Source: Fimbriimonadia bacterium
GTDB taxonomy: Bacteria > Armatimonadota > Fimbriimonadia > Fimbriimonadales > JABRVX01
NCBI GenBank assembly: GCA_041483895.1
Contig: JBGPGO010000007.1
Location: 131,378 to 195,377, forward strand
Reading direction: 5' to 3'
Length of the DNA: 64,000 nt
The notes under the pieces: model-generated
Databases searched by the model: none
Told to the model about the DNA's origin: nothing
What the model saw: the letters and a program-made list of their open reading frames with translations, nothing else
In this document: positions 26,970 to 35,422 of the stretch, in pieces
Position numbering within the stretch: position 1 is the first letter of the stretch
Layout: each line of letters begins with the position of its first letter
Program-made: the position numbers and the translations under genes

Positions 26970-27637
26970 AAAAGACTCAGCGACTTCTCGCCCTTGCCGT
27001 GTTCCTTCCCCTCCTCGTGATGGGGCATCCGGGACCGGGCGCCGTTCAGGAGGGCGACAAAGTTAAATGCGCCAACCTGACCTACGCGATGAACAAGACA
27101 TCGGTCTGCTTCAGCGATCGCTTCCTGCGCCGCCTGCAGCTTGAGACCAACATCCTGACGGAGCCGCGATTTATGAAGGCCCGCCTCGGAACCAATGAGG
27201 TGTTCGATTATCCGTTTTGCATCATGACGGGCGAGGGGGGCTTTTCGCTAACGCCGAAGGAGAGGATCAACCTCAAGTATTACGTCACGCATGGCGGATT
27301 CTTGCTGGCATCCGCGGGATGCTCCGATCCCGAATGGACCAAGTCGTTTCGCGGCGAGATGGCCCGGATCTTCCCGGATCTCAAACTTAAATCGATTCCG
27401 CTCACTCACCCGATCTATCACACCGTCTACGATATCAAATCCACCCAAACGATCCATGACCACCGCGGCGCGGTCTTGGAAGGCCTGTTTTACAACAACA
27501 AGATCGTCGTGCTCTTTTCCCAGGACGGCCTGAACGACACTTCCCATGCGGAGAACTGCTGCTGCTGTGGCGGTGATGAGCTGGATCAGGCGGAGTATTT
27601 CAACGTCAACATTCTCGGCTATGCGCTTCTCCACTAA
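26966..27637 (+). CDS. Secreted DUF4159-like protein
   Basis: ATGA overlap with the upstream stop. Signal peptide MKKTQRLLALAVFLPLLVMG. YPFCIMTGEGGFSLTPKERINLKYYVTHGGFLLASAGC and ...NILGYALL resemble DUF4159. The longer ORF from 26618 overlaps the previous gene out of frame. Confidence 0.7.
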   Translation: MKKTQRLLALAVFLPLLVMGHPGPGAVQEGDKVKCANLTYAMNKTSVCFSDRFLRRLQLETNILTEPRFMKARLGTNEVFDYPFCIMTGEGGFSLTPKERINLKYYVTHGGFLLASAGCSDPEWTKSFRGEMARIFPDLKLKSIPLTHPIYHTVYDIKSTQTIHDHRGAVLEGLFYNNKIVVLFSQDGLNDTSHAENCCCCGGDELDQAEYFNVNILGYALLH

Positions 27638-28958
27638 GCTCGGAATCGCTTTGTGCTTTCCGCTATCGGCCCTTGTCACTGGTATGGTATTGGAGGGCTG
27701 CGGATCCGGGATGCCGGAGCGGTTGACTCTGTTCGTGTCGGGAGATAGCAGAGGGTATTTAGAGCCGTGCGGCTGCCGGATCGATCAGGCCGGTGGACTG
27801 CCCGGCCGAGCAGTCGCGATCGAGAAGGCAGGGGTGGGGGAGAAGCTGGTGGTGGACGTTGGAAACCTGACATCTGGCAGCCGATCCTACGAGCTGCTCA
27901 AGATGCGCTACCTCTTGGAAGGAATGAAGGCGATCGGATACGACGCGGTCAACCTCGGCAAGAATGAGGCGCAACTCGATCGGGTGACGCTGAGCGACAT
28001 GATGTCCCATTCTGGGCTGCCGTTTTTGTCGGCGAATGTATTGGATAAGAAGGATAAGACCCCGATTGCCGACCGCTATCGGATCATCCGCCGCGGTGCG
28101 CTGCGGGTCGGCGTCACTGGAGTCACGGAATGTGAGGCGCGCGACGCCGGGCCGGGCATCGAGGTCCGGCCGCCGATTGAAGCGCTGGCCGATGTCATCC
28201 CCGACCTGAAGGGCAAGTGCGACTTCGTCGTCGTTCTTGCATTCGTTGACGAAGAAACCATCAAACAGATCGCGGAAAAGTTTCATGAAGTGGACTGCAT
28301 TCTCGGCGGCGACGTCCCGCAATCTTCGGGAACGGCCCAAACGATCAACCGCGCGATCGCGTTCAACGTCGTCGATCGCGGAAAGGTTTTGGGGCAGATC
28401 GATCTGGTGCGCAAGGGGGCCGGCTACTCGGTCGCATCATCCAAGGGGATAAGGATCGCGGCGGACAAAGTGAAGGGACCGCCCGCGATCGCCGACCTTC
28501 TCGCGCGATATAAAAATGAATTGCGCGAGCGAAGATTTGAATTGGCAAGCGCCGAAGGCATGGAGCGGATCGCCGGGCAAGAGACCACATCGGACGAGTT
28601 CGTCGGAGCGCAGGCCTGCCAGAGCTGCCACGCTTCATCTCTGCACGTCCTGCTTGCCTCCGCCCATAGTCACGCGCTCCAAACCCTGAAAGAGAAAAAG
28701 AGCGAATTCGATCCGGAATGCCTTCGCTGCCACACCGTCGGTTACGGTCTTTCCAGCGGCTACATAGACGAAAAGACGACGCCGCAACTGGCCGGAGTGC
28801 AATGCGAGAACTGCCACGGAAGAGCGAAAGAGCATATCGCAAAAGGGGTGAAAACGACGCTGAAGCCGGTGACCCCCGCAACCTGTGTAAACTGCCATGA
28901 TGAGGAGAACAGCGCGAACTTCCGCTTTGCCACCTTCTGGCCGAAGATCGCGCACTGA
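27621..28958 (+). CDS. Lipoprotein: degenerate calcineurin-like/5'-nucleotidase-like domain + C-terminal tetrahaem cytochrome c
   Basis: Lipobox VLEGC. N-terminal LTLFVSGDSRGYLEPCGC, VVDVGNLTSG and AVNLGKNEAQL occupy the positions of the metallophosphatase motifs. The C-terminus has four CxxCH motifs (CQSCH, CLRCH, CENCH, CVNCH). Confidence 0.75.
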   Translation: MRFSTKLGIALCFPLSALVTGMVLEGCGSGMPERLTLFVSGDSRGYLEPCGCRIDQAGGLPGRAVAIEKAGVGEKLVVDVGNLTSGSRSYELLKMRYLLEGMKAIGYDAVNLGKNEAQLDRVTLSDMMSHSGLPFLSANVLDKKDKTPIADRYRIIRRGALRVGVTGVTECEARDAGPGIEVRPPIEALADVIPDLKGKCDFVVVLAFVDEETIKQIAEKFHEVDCILGGDVPQSSGTAQTINRAIAFNVVDRGKVLGQIDLVRKGAGYSVASSKGIRIAADKVKGPPAIADLLARYKNELRERRFELASAEGMERIAGQETTSDEFVGAQACQSCHASSLHVLLASAHSHALQTLKEKKSEFDPECLRCHTVGYGLSSGYIDEKTTPQLAGVQCENCHGRAKEHIAKGVKTTLKPVTPATCVNCHDEENSANFRFATFWPKIAH

Positions 28959-28963
28959 TAGCC

Positions 28964-29740
28964 ATGAAAATGATACCGATTCTGTGCCTGTTCCTTGCTG
29001 CCGCCGCTACAGCCCAAGTTCACTGGGAGACTAGCTACGACCACGCCAAGCAGGTCGCCGATAAAGCCGGAAAGCCGCTCCTTGTTGACTTCGCGGCGTC
29101 CTGGTGCGGGCCATGCCGGATGATGGACGAGCAGACCTTTAGCAACGCGAGCGTGAAATCTCTTCTCGCACGAACCATCTGCCTTCGGCTCGATGTGGAT
29201 CAGCGCCCGCCGCTTGCCGCAAAGTTTGGCGTCAACTCCATCCCGCGCGTGGTCTTGCTGTCCACAACAGGCGTAACGATCATGGATATTCAGGGTTTTC
29301 ATGACGCACAGTCGTTTTCGCAGGAGCTCAGTCGTGCGCTGGGAGTGAAAGCCGATGCCGCCGCACCGACTGAATCCCCCGAGGCAGTTAAGGTGCGTGA
29401 GGCGCTGCGAAATGGCACGTTCAGGCGACTGAAAGCCAGCGATCCGAAAACCGCCGCGCGCGGATTGGATCTGCTCGTGGCACAGCTTGGGGTCTTTGAG
29501 GAAGCGCAATATCGTCCGATCGCGTCGCTGATCAAGAACGCGGGCAGGGATGCCATCCCCGCGCTCATCGCCGGGATGGGGCATAAGCATCTGGCGGTCC
29601 GCGTCGGCGCTTATCGGACGCTGCAGTCAATCCTTGGCGCCAAACGTGGCCTGCCGGTTTACAACCCGTGGGCGTCTGCCAAAGTTCGGCAGCAGCAGCT
29701 CGCCGCGTGGCAAAAATGGTGGCAGAATCAGAGCGGCTAA
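28964..29740 (+). CDS. Secreted thioredoxin-fold protein (WCGPC) with HEAT-like C-terminal repeats
   Basis: Signal peptide MKMIPILCLFLAAAATAQ. Canonical thioredoxin active site (LVDFAASWCGPCRMMD). C-terminus includes AIPALIAGMGHKHLAVRVGAYRTL. Confidence 0.8.
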   Translation: MKMIPILCLFLAAAATAQVHWETSYDHAKQVADKAGKPLLVDFAASWCGPCRMMDEQTFSNASVKSLLARTICLRLDVDQRPPLAAKFGVNSIPRVVLLSTTGVTIMDIQGFHDAQSFSQELSRALGVKADAAAPTESPEAVKVREALRNGTFRRLKASDPKTAARGLDLLVAQLGVFEEAQYRPIASLIKNAGRDAIPALIAGMGHKHLAVRVGAYRTLQSILGAKRGLPVYNPWASAKVRQQQLAAWQKWWQNQSG

Positions 29741-32193
29741 TCCGCATAGCCGCCATATCGTTGACCCTGCCGCATCATGATCTTTGCGATTGCCATATCC
29801 GCCGTGCCGAACTTGGACGGCTTTGACGATTCCAGTTTCCATCCACCCGACTGCCGGAACTTCGCGAGGTACTCCTTGGGCATCTGGCCGCGCATATCGT
29901 ATGGTGAGTAGTATGTTTGACTCCCCGCCATGGGCCGCCAGGACCAGTAATGCACCTCCGCCAAAGAGCGCGAATCGTTGAACAGGACAGGTCCGTCCTT
30001 TGTGAGTATCGTCATGCTGTCGTTCGCGGGGCCGCCGAACTGCAAAACGCGCATCCCGCCCAGATCGTCGACCCGCTTCATGTAGTCCTCTTCCGTTACG
30101 CAGATGACGCGCGCCGCCGCTCCGTGAAACTCCTGCCAAGACGGCTTGTCCAGCACGACGATGATCGGATCGCGGGCTTTGTCACCACCGAAGCAGGCGG
30201 TGAACACGGTTTGGAGAATCTCGCGTCGGTCGGCGTTCCCAGCGAGCGGTTTCCCCTCCGTCCCGTTCGGGGCAGGCGCCAGCGGGTTGGCGTCCTTTCC
30301 GTCCGGCGCTCCGTCTCCATCCGTGTCTTTCTTGCTTGGGTCCGAACCGAGGCGCTTCTCGATCCGGTCCGGCAGCCCGTCGCCGTCCGTATCTTGCCGC
30401 ATCTCTTTCAGCGATAGTGTGATTGGGGTCCGCAGTCCTTTGCTGACCGACTGCTGCAGCTTGCTGGACTTGCGGTACAGTTCCGACCGCCGTTCCGCCA
30501 CTAGGCCGGAATCCCGCAGCGCCGCCTGCACACGCTGCAATTCTAGCGCGTCGGTCTTGTTGGGCGGCGATAGGACTACGCTGTCTCCGTCCACCGAAAT
30601 CGTGCAGCTGCCCGCCTTGGGTCCACCGCCGTAGCTTGAATAGTTGGATCCCGCGACGTACTGTTTGCCGGAGAACAGAAACTCTTGCCATTTGCCTTCC
30701 CGTTCCCGCGCGAGCCAGAGGTCCATCGCGTTCCCCAATCTGGGACAGACGACAACCACCCATCGGTTGCCGTCGGGCGAGAGATTGGAAGCGACGGGTG
30801 ATAGCGTGCCGGTTGGAGCGTCTTTTTCGCCATGAAAAACCGGTAGTTCGAATTCGCCGAGCGCGATCGTGCCGTTGGAGTCTGATTTGAAGGCGGTCAG
30901 ATTCCCGGTGGCAACGAGACCTTGCCGGGCGGTGGCGCGGGCCTCATCCGACGCGTCCGGGCTGGTGGCGATCTCTCCCAGCGCTTCCATTCCGGCTTTC
31001 GTGCCCTTCCTCGCGATCGCGGCGGCGCATTTGGAAAGGAGAAGCGCGGCCATGCCCTTTTGCTTGGGATTCGTTGTGTGCATTGCGCGTTTGGCGAAGT
31101 TCGCGATGGCTGCGTCCGCCGTGGGAAGGTCCATGATTTCCAGTACCCGCAAGGCAGCGTCGGCAGCCGGCGGCTTCGCAACGTCGAGAAATCCGGCAAG
31201 TGTGGGAACGGCGGCGTCTCCGAAAAGGCCGAGCGTCGAGAAGGCGTCGTTCGTCTCTTCTCGCAACGGCGGAATCTCGGTGGGAGATTCTACTTCCGCA
31301 CCGGGTGATGCGCCGGAGCGGCCCGCGTAGGACGAAAACCCTTCCGCAGAAATCTCCGGGCTCCCATCGATCTTCGCCTTTAGGGCGGCGATCTTGTCGG
31401 ATATCTTCTTCGGATCGGTCAGCCGCGATAGCTTCCAGGTCCCACTCTTGTAGGCCGCCTCCCCGCCGAAATAGTCCGCGAGCCGCACCATCAGCTCCTC
31501 CAGCCCAATGCGGTCCACCACTTTGAACTGCAGCATCGCGCGGTGGGTCTGCTGGCTATAGGCGCCGGAATAGGACCGACGGGAGGCTTCTCCATACATC
31601 AATGAAAGCACGCCGCCGCCTTCCTCCTCCGGCTTGGTTTCGCGGCCAAGGAGGTTTTGGCGAAGGGTCAGCAACTGTGGATCGGCATCAATTTTGATCT
31701 GCCAGGTTGAGCTCATGGCCGTCACCATCTGGCCGGCCGTCTCCGCGAAGATTCCAAATCCGGTGATCCCGTCCGGCGGCGACTTCTCTATCGCATGCAG
31801 CTCTTTTTCCGGGCCGAAGTACAGGAGAACATATTCCTTCCCCTGTTTCCAGGCAATCGGGGATTTCTTTGCGCACGTCTCTAGAACCTGCTGGACGGAC
31901 TGCGCTTGGGGCGTGTAGGCCGGCGTCCATTTAACTTCGTCGAGCGGCTTGGGCGCGAACACGACCCAGCAGCCGCCGGCCGATTGGGCCATCGCAGCCG
32001 CCAGAGACAGCGGCTCGCCCGTCCGGCCCGTGCCGACCCAGGACGAAATGTCGAACGGCCGGGACAGATCGGCGTCGTGCGAAACATTCTCTGCTGATGC
32101 ATTTGTGCCCGGCTTTGCCGCATGGCGGCAGGACGGCAACGCTAGCAGCAATACTATGATCGCAACCCAAAACTGGAATCGACTTCGCGACAT
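29737..32193 (-). CDS. Large secreted/lipoprotein with HEAT-like repeats and thrombospondin type-3-like Ca-binding repeats; function unknown
   Basis: Signal/lipobox-like MSRSRFQFWVAIIVLLLALPSC. DTDGDGLPDRIEKRLGSDPSKKDTDGDGAPDGKDANP is TSP3-like. Helical repeat region. RBS GAAGGAG upstream. 4-nt tail-to-tail overlap with the thioredoxin gene. Confidence 0.65.
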   Translation of the reverse strand: MSRSRFQFWVAIIVLLLALPSCRHAAKPGTNASAENVSHDADLSRPFDISSWVGTGRTGEPLSLAAAMAQSAGGCWVVFAPKPLDEVKWTPAYTPQAQSVQQVLETCAKKSPIAWKQGKEYVLLYFGPEKELHAIEKSPPDGITGFGIFAETAGQMVTAMSSTWQIKIDADPQLLTLRQNLLGRETKPEEEGGGVLSLMYGEASRRSYSGAYSQQTHRAMLQFKVVDRIGLEELMVRLADYFGGEAAYKSGTWKLSRLTDPKKISDKIAALKAKIDGSPEISAEGFSSYAGRSGASPGAEVESPTEIPPLREETNDAFSTLGLFGDAAVPTLAGFLDVAKPPAADAALRVLEIMDLPTADAAIANFAKRAMHTTNPKQKGMAALLLSKCAAAIARKGTKAGMEALGEIATSPDASDEARATARQGLVATGNLTAFKSDSNGTIALGEFELPVFHGEKDAPTGTLSPVASNLSPDGNRWVVVVCPRLGNAMDLWLAREREGKWQEFLFSGKQYVAGSNYSSYGGGPKAGSCTISVDGDSVVLSPPNKTDALELQRVQAALRDSGLVAERRSELYRKSSKLQQSVSKGLRTPITLSLKEMRQDTDGDGLPDRIEKRLGSDPSKKDTDGDGAPDGKDANPLAPAPNGTEGKPLAGNADRREILQTVFTACFGGDKARDPIIVVLDKPSWQEFHGAAARVICVTEEDYMKRVDDLGGMRVLQFGGPANDSMTILTKDGPVLFNDSRSLAEVHYWSWRPMAGSQTYYSPYDMRGQMPKEYLAKFRQSGGWKLESSKPSKFGTADMAIAKIMMRQGQRYGGYAD

Positions 32194-32325
32194 TTCCCCA
32201 CTCCTTCACCCGCCAAGAACGTAAGCTATTCTACGCTAAATGAGCCGTCTCGCTGACAACAACTTGAAGCGTGTCTGCTTTCCTCGGCTTCTAACCATGT
32301 CGCCCGACGAAATTTCAATTGCCGG

Positions 32326-32354
32326 TTGACACGCCGGATTCTTGATGCTATAAT
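32326..32354 (+). promoter_or_regulatory. Consensus sigma70-type promoter (TTGACA-17 nt-TATAAT)
   Basis: TTGACA at 32326-32331, an exact 17-nt spacer, and TATAAT at 32349-32354, seen directly in the sequence. It drives the leu leader. Confidence 0.7.
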
Positions 32355-32364
32355 GCTTCCCAAT

Positions 32365-32487
32365 ATGTTCTCTGGCGGAATCACAAGGATCGCGTTCAAG
32401 GGCCTCGACCGCATTGCGGCGGTTGAGGGCGTTTCGCTTGCGCTTATTCTTGGGCTTCCATTGGTCCTTATTCTTGGGCCAACCTAA
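32365..32487 (+). CDS. Candidate leu-operon leader peptide (40 aa, 7 alternating Leu codons)
   Basis: The ATG lies 10 nt after the -10 hexamer. Translation is MFSGGITRIAFKGLDRIAAVEGVSLALILGLPLVLILGPT*. The seven Leu in the last 16 codons are CTT x6 and TTG x1, interspersed with 2 Ile and 1 Val. A terminator follows the ORF. Confidence 0.6.
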   Translation: MFSGGITRIAFKGLDRIAAVEGVSLALILGLPLVLILGPT

Positions 32488-32519
32488 CGCCGGGAACAGC
32501 GCACAAATTTCACAACTTT

Positions 32520-32555
32520 AGGCCTCCCGGAAAACCGGGGGGCCTTTCCGATTTT
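32520..32555 (+). terminator. Rho-independent terminator/attenuator upstream of leuB
   Basis: GGCCTCCCGG-aaaa-CCGGGGGGCC forms a 10-bp stem with one G-U pair, followed by TTTCCGATTTT. It lies 33 nt after the leader stop and 205 nt before the leuB ATG. Confidence 0.7.
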
Positions 32556-32760
32556 GAGCGGCAAACGCGCCGACAGTGTCGTCGGCCTGACATCCCGCCT
32601 GCCCCGCCCGTCCCGAGCGAAGCCGAGGGAAGCGGAGCCGAGGGGATACCGGGAAACGAAAGGACGCGACATGGATAGGACTGGCGCAAGAGTGGTGATG
32701 GAGGCGACGCAATGGGCCGGCGAGCGCTGGGGCGGTCACCCATTCCGGGAGGCGCGGCGC

Positions 32761-33882
32761 ATGACCCACACGATAGCGGTTCTGCCCGGCGACGGTATCG
32801 GCCCGGAGGTGGTCGCCCAGGCCGTCTTGGCGCTCAAGGCGGTGGGCGTCCGATTTGGATTGGAGCTGCGATTTGACGAAGGGCTCGTCGGCGGGGCAGC
32901 CTTCGATGCGACGGGCCATCCTCTGCCGGACGCAACGTTGGAGCTTTGCCGCCGATCGGACGCTGTCATTCTTGGGGCGGTGGGCGGCACGAAATGGGAT
33001 GGACTCGATATGGAGCTGCGACCGGAAACTGGGGCGCTGCTACCCTTGCGCAAACAACTTGGGCTGTTCGCCAACCTGCGGCCCGCGCGGCTGTACGAAC
33101 CGTTGGCATCGGCTTCGCCGCTCAAGGCGGGCCATCGGTTCGATATCCTGATCGTTCGGGAGTTGACCGGCGGAATCTATTTTGGGAAAAAGGAACGGAC
33201 GGCCGGCGGCGCGATCGACGTCTGTTCCTATTCGGTGGAAGAGATCGAGCGAATCGTCCACGTTGGTTTTCGGGCGGCCCGAACGCGCGGACGAAAACTG
33301 TGTTCTGTGGACAAGGCCAACGTTTTGGAAACGTCGCGTCTCTGGCGAGAGGTCGTCGTTCGCATTTCGGCCGAGTATCCGGATGTCTCGGTGACCCACA
33401 TGCTGGTCGATAACTGCGCTATGCAACTGGTGCGCGATCCGAGCCAGTTCGATGTGATCGTCACGGACAATCTTTTTGGCGACATTTTGAGCGATGAGGC
33501 GGCAGCGATGACCGGCAGCTTAGGGATGCTTCCATCGGCCTCTCTCGGCGATGGAAGATTCGGCTTGTACGAACCGGTGCATGGATCGGCACCTGATATC
33601 GCCGGGAAGGACGTCGCCAATCCTATGGCCGCAATCCTTTGCACGGGGATGCTGCTGCGTCATTCTCTCGAATCTCCCGAAGCGGCGGATGCTGTCGATA
33701 AGGCTGTGATCGCGGCGTTGCATGACGGTTGGCGAACGGCAGACATTGCCGGCGACGGTAAGTTCATCGGTACAAAGGAGATGGGTGCAAGGGTCTTGGA
33801 AAAACTGGAATCGCGCTTCCCAATCCCTTCACAGTCGGACTGCGAAGGGATTGGGAAGTCGCACTGTAAAAGCGAGGACTGA
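32761..33882 (+). CDS. leuB: 3-isopropylmalate dehydrogenase, with ~20-aa C-terminal extension encoded by a palindromic element
   Basis: ATG 32761 follows [24 protein letters not shown]...[11 protein letters not shown]...GSAPDIAGK are IPMDH signatures. The 69 upstream codons of ORF 32554 cover the leader/terminator region. Confidence 0.9.
   Translation: MTHTIAVLPGDGIGPEVVAQAVLALKAVGVRFGLELRFDEGLVGGAAFDATGHPLPDATLELCRRSDAVILGAVGGTKWDGLDMELRPETGALLPLRKQLGLFANLRPARLYEPLASASPLKAGHRFDILIVRELTGGIYFGKKERTAGGAIDVCSYSVEEIERIVHVGFRAARTRGRKLCSVDKANVLETSRLWREVVVRISAEYPDVSVTHMLVDNCAMQLVRDPSQFDVIVTDNLFGDILSDEAAAMTGSLGMLPSASLGDGRFGLYEPVHGSAPDIAGKDVANPMAAILCTGMLLRHSLESPEAADAVDKAVIAALHDGWRTADIAGDGKFIGTKEMGARVLEKLESRFPIPSQSDCEGIGKSHCKSED
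33826..33868. repeat. REP-like palindromic element, family A (21-bp arms, 1 mismatch)
   Basis: CTTCCCAATCCCTTCACAGTC-g-GACTGCGAAGGGATTGGGAAG lies within the last codons of leuB. Related copies are at 47828-47854 and 47946-47996. Confidence 0.85.
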
Positions 33883-33883
33883 T

Positions 33884-35422
33884 ATGGCAACACGCATTAC
33901 TATTTTTGATACCACACTGCGGGACGGGGAGCAGTCCCCTGGCGCCTCGCTCAACGTCGAGGAGAAGATCGAGATCGCGCGGCAACTCGAGCGGCTTGGC
34001 GTGGATGTCATCGAGGCCGGATTCCCGATCTCTTCGCCGGGAGATTTTCGCGCGGTGCAAGAGGTGTGCGCGGTGGTGAAAGAGGCGACGGTCTGCGGTC
34101 TGACTCGCGCCGTCGAAAAGGATATCGACGTCGCGGCGGAGGCTCTAAAAGGGGCGGTCCGTCCGCGAATCCATACGGGTCTCGGCGTTTCCGACAACCA
34201 CCTCCGCTACAAACTGCGAATGACCCGCGACGAGGCATTGGAGCACGGGATAAACGCGGTCCGCCATGCGCGGCGATACGTGGACGATGTGGAGTATTTC
34301 CTGGAAGATTCCGGCCGTGCGGATACGGACTATCTGTGCCGAGTCATCGAGGCCGTCATCGATGCCGGTGCGACCGTGATTAACATTCCTGACACCACCG
34401 GATTTACGACTCCCGACGAGTTCGGCGCGCGGATCCGGACGGTGCTGGAGCGCGTCCCAAACGTGGACAAGGCCGTCATCTCCGTGCACTGTCACAACGA
34501 TCTTGGCATGGCGGTGGCCAACTCGCTGGCCGGCGTCATGAACGGGGCCCGGCAGGTCGAATGCACGGTCAACGGCATCGGAGAACGCGCGGGAAACACG
34601 AGCCTGGAAGAGGTCGTGATGGCGATGAAGGTCCGGAGCGATCTGTTTGCGATGGAGACCGGCATCGTGACGCAAGAGATCTATAAGACGAGTCGCCTGG
34701 TCTCGAATCTCACGGGCATTCTGGTCCAGCCGAACAAGGCAATTGTTGGTTCGAACGCATTTGCCCATTCTTCCGGGATTCATCAGGACGGAGTCTTGAA
34801 AGAGCGCACGACGTATGAGATCATCGACCCGCGGGATGTGGGCATTCCTGAGAGCAAGATTCTCTTGACAGCGAGATCGGGACGGCATGCATTGCGCAGC
34901 CGCCTTGCCGACCTGGGCCACCAACTGGGCGAAGCGGAGGTGGACAAAGTTTATCAGCGCTTCCTCGAAGTTGCCGACAAAAAGAAGATGATTTTCGACG
35001 AGGACTTGGAAGCGATCGTCGCGGATGAGACTTCCAGTGTGCGAGTCACGTACGAGTTGGCTCATGTACAGGTCTCATGCGGCAGCGACAGCATTCCGAC
35101 GGCAACCGTCGAGCTTCTCGGGCCCGATGGCGATCGATTCGTCGATTCCGATCATGGCGCCGGACCGGTTGACGCCATCTACCGATCGATCAACCGGATC
35201 ATCGGCGTGGAGAATGAACTGATCGAGTTCTCCATCCAAGCCGTAACCGAAGGAATTGATGCCTTGGCCGAGGTCACGATTCGGATACGCCGCGGCAACG
35301 ACATATACACCGGCCGCGCCTCTCATTCTGACATCTGCGTCGCGAGCGCGAGGGCGTATATGCAGGCCCTCAATAAGCTGCTTGATCGCGTGGGCGCACC
35401 GGCTTTGGAGCCCGCCGTATGA
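33884..35422 (+). CDS. leuA: 2-isopropylmalate synthase
   Basis: The ATG at 33884 lies 1 nt after the leuB stop. [19 protein letters not shown]...[16 protein letters not shown]... are LeuA signatures, and a C-terminal regulatory domain is present. Confidence 0.92.
   Translation: MATRITIFDTTLRDGEQSPGASLNVEEKIEIARQLERLGVDVIEAGFPISSPGDFRAVQEVCAVVKEATVCGLTRAVEKDIDVAAEALKGAVRPRIHTGLGVSDNHLRYKLRMTRDEALEHGINAVRHARRYVDDVEYFLEDSGRADTDYLCRVIEAVIDAGATVINIPDTTGFTTPDEFGARIRTVLERVPNVDKAVISVHCHNDLGMAVANSLAGVMNGARQVECTVNGIGERAGNTSLEEVVMAMKVRSDLFAMETGIVTQEIYKTSRLVSNLTGILVQPNKAIVGSNAFAHSSGIHQDGVLKERTTYEIIDPRDVGIPESKILLTARSGRHALRSRLADLGHQLGEAEVDKVYQRFLEVADKKKMIFDEDLEAIVADETSSVRVTYELAHVQVSCGSDSIPTATVELLGPDGDRFVDSDHGAGPVDAIYRSINRIIGVENELIEFSIQAVTEGIDALAEVTIRIRRGNDIYTGRASHSDICVASARAYMQALNKLLDRVGAPALEPAV

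Noticed and set aside
32226-32414. 62-aa minus-strand ORF in the intergenic region upstream of leuB
   Set aside because: It overlaps the consensus promoter and leader ORF on the opposite strand, has no RBS, and is better explained by the regulatory elements there.
32554-32760. 69-codon N-terminal extension of the leuB ORF. Similar extensions occur for leuA (33722-33883), the DUF4159-like gene (26618-26965), the tetrahaem gene (27546-27620), moxR (17645-17854) and the DUF58 gene (18687-18851).
   Set aside because: The extensions overlap upstream genes or the leader/terminator and lack homology-like sequence. Internal ATGs with an RBS or stop/start coupling coincide with the beginning of conserved family sequence.
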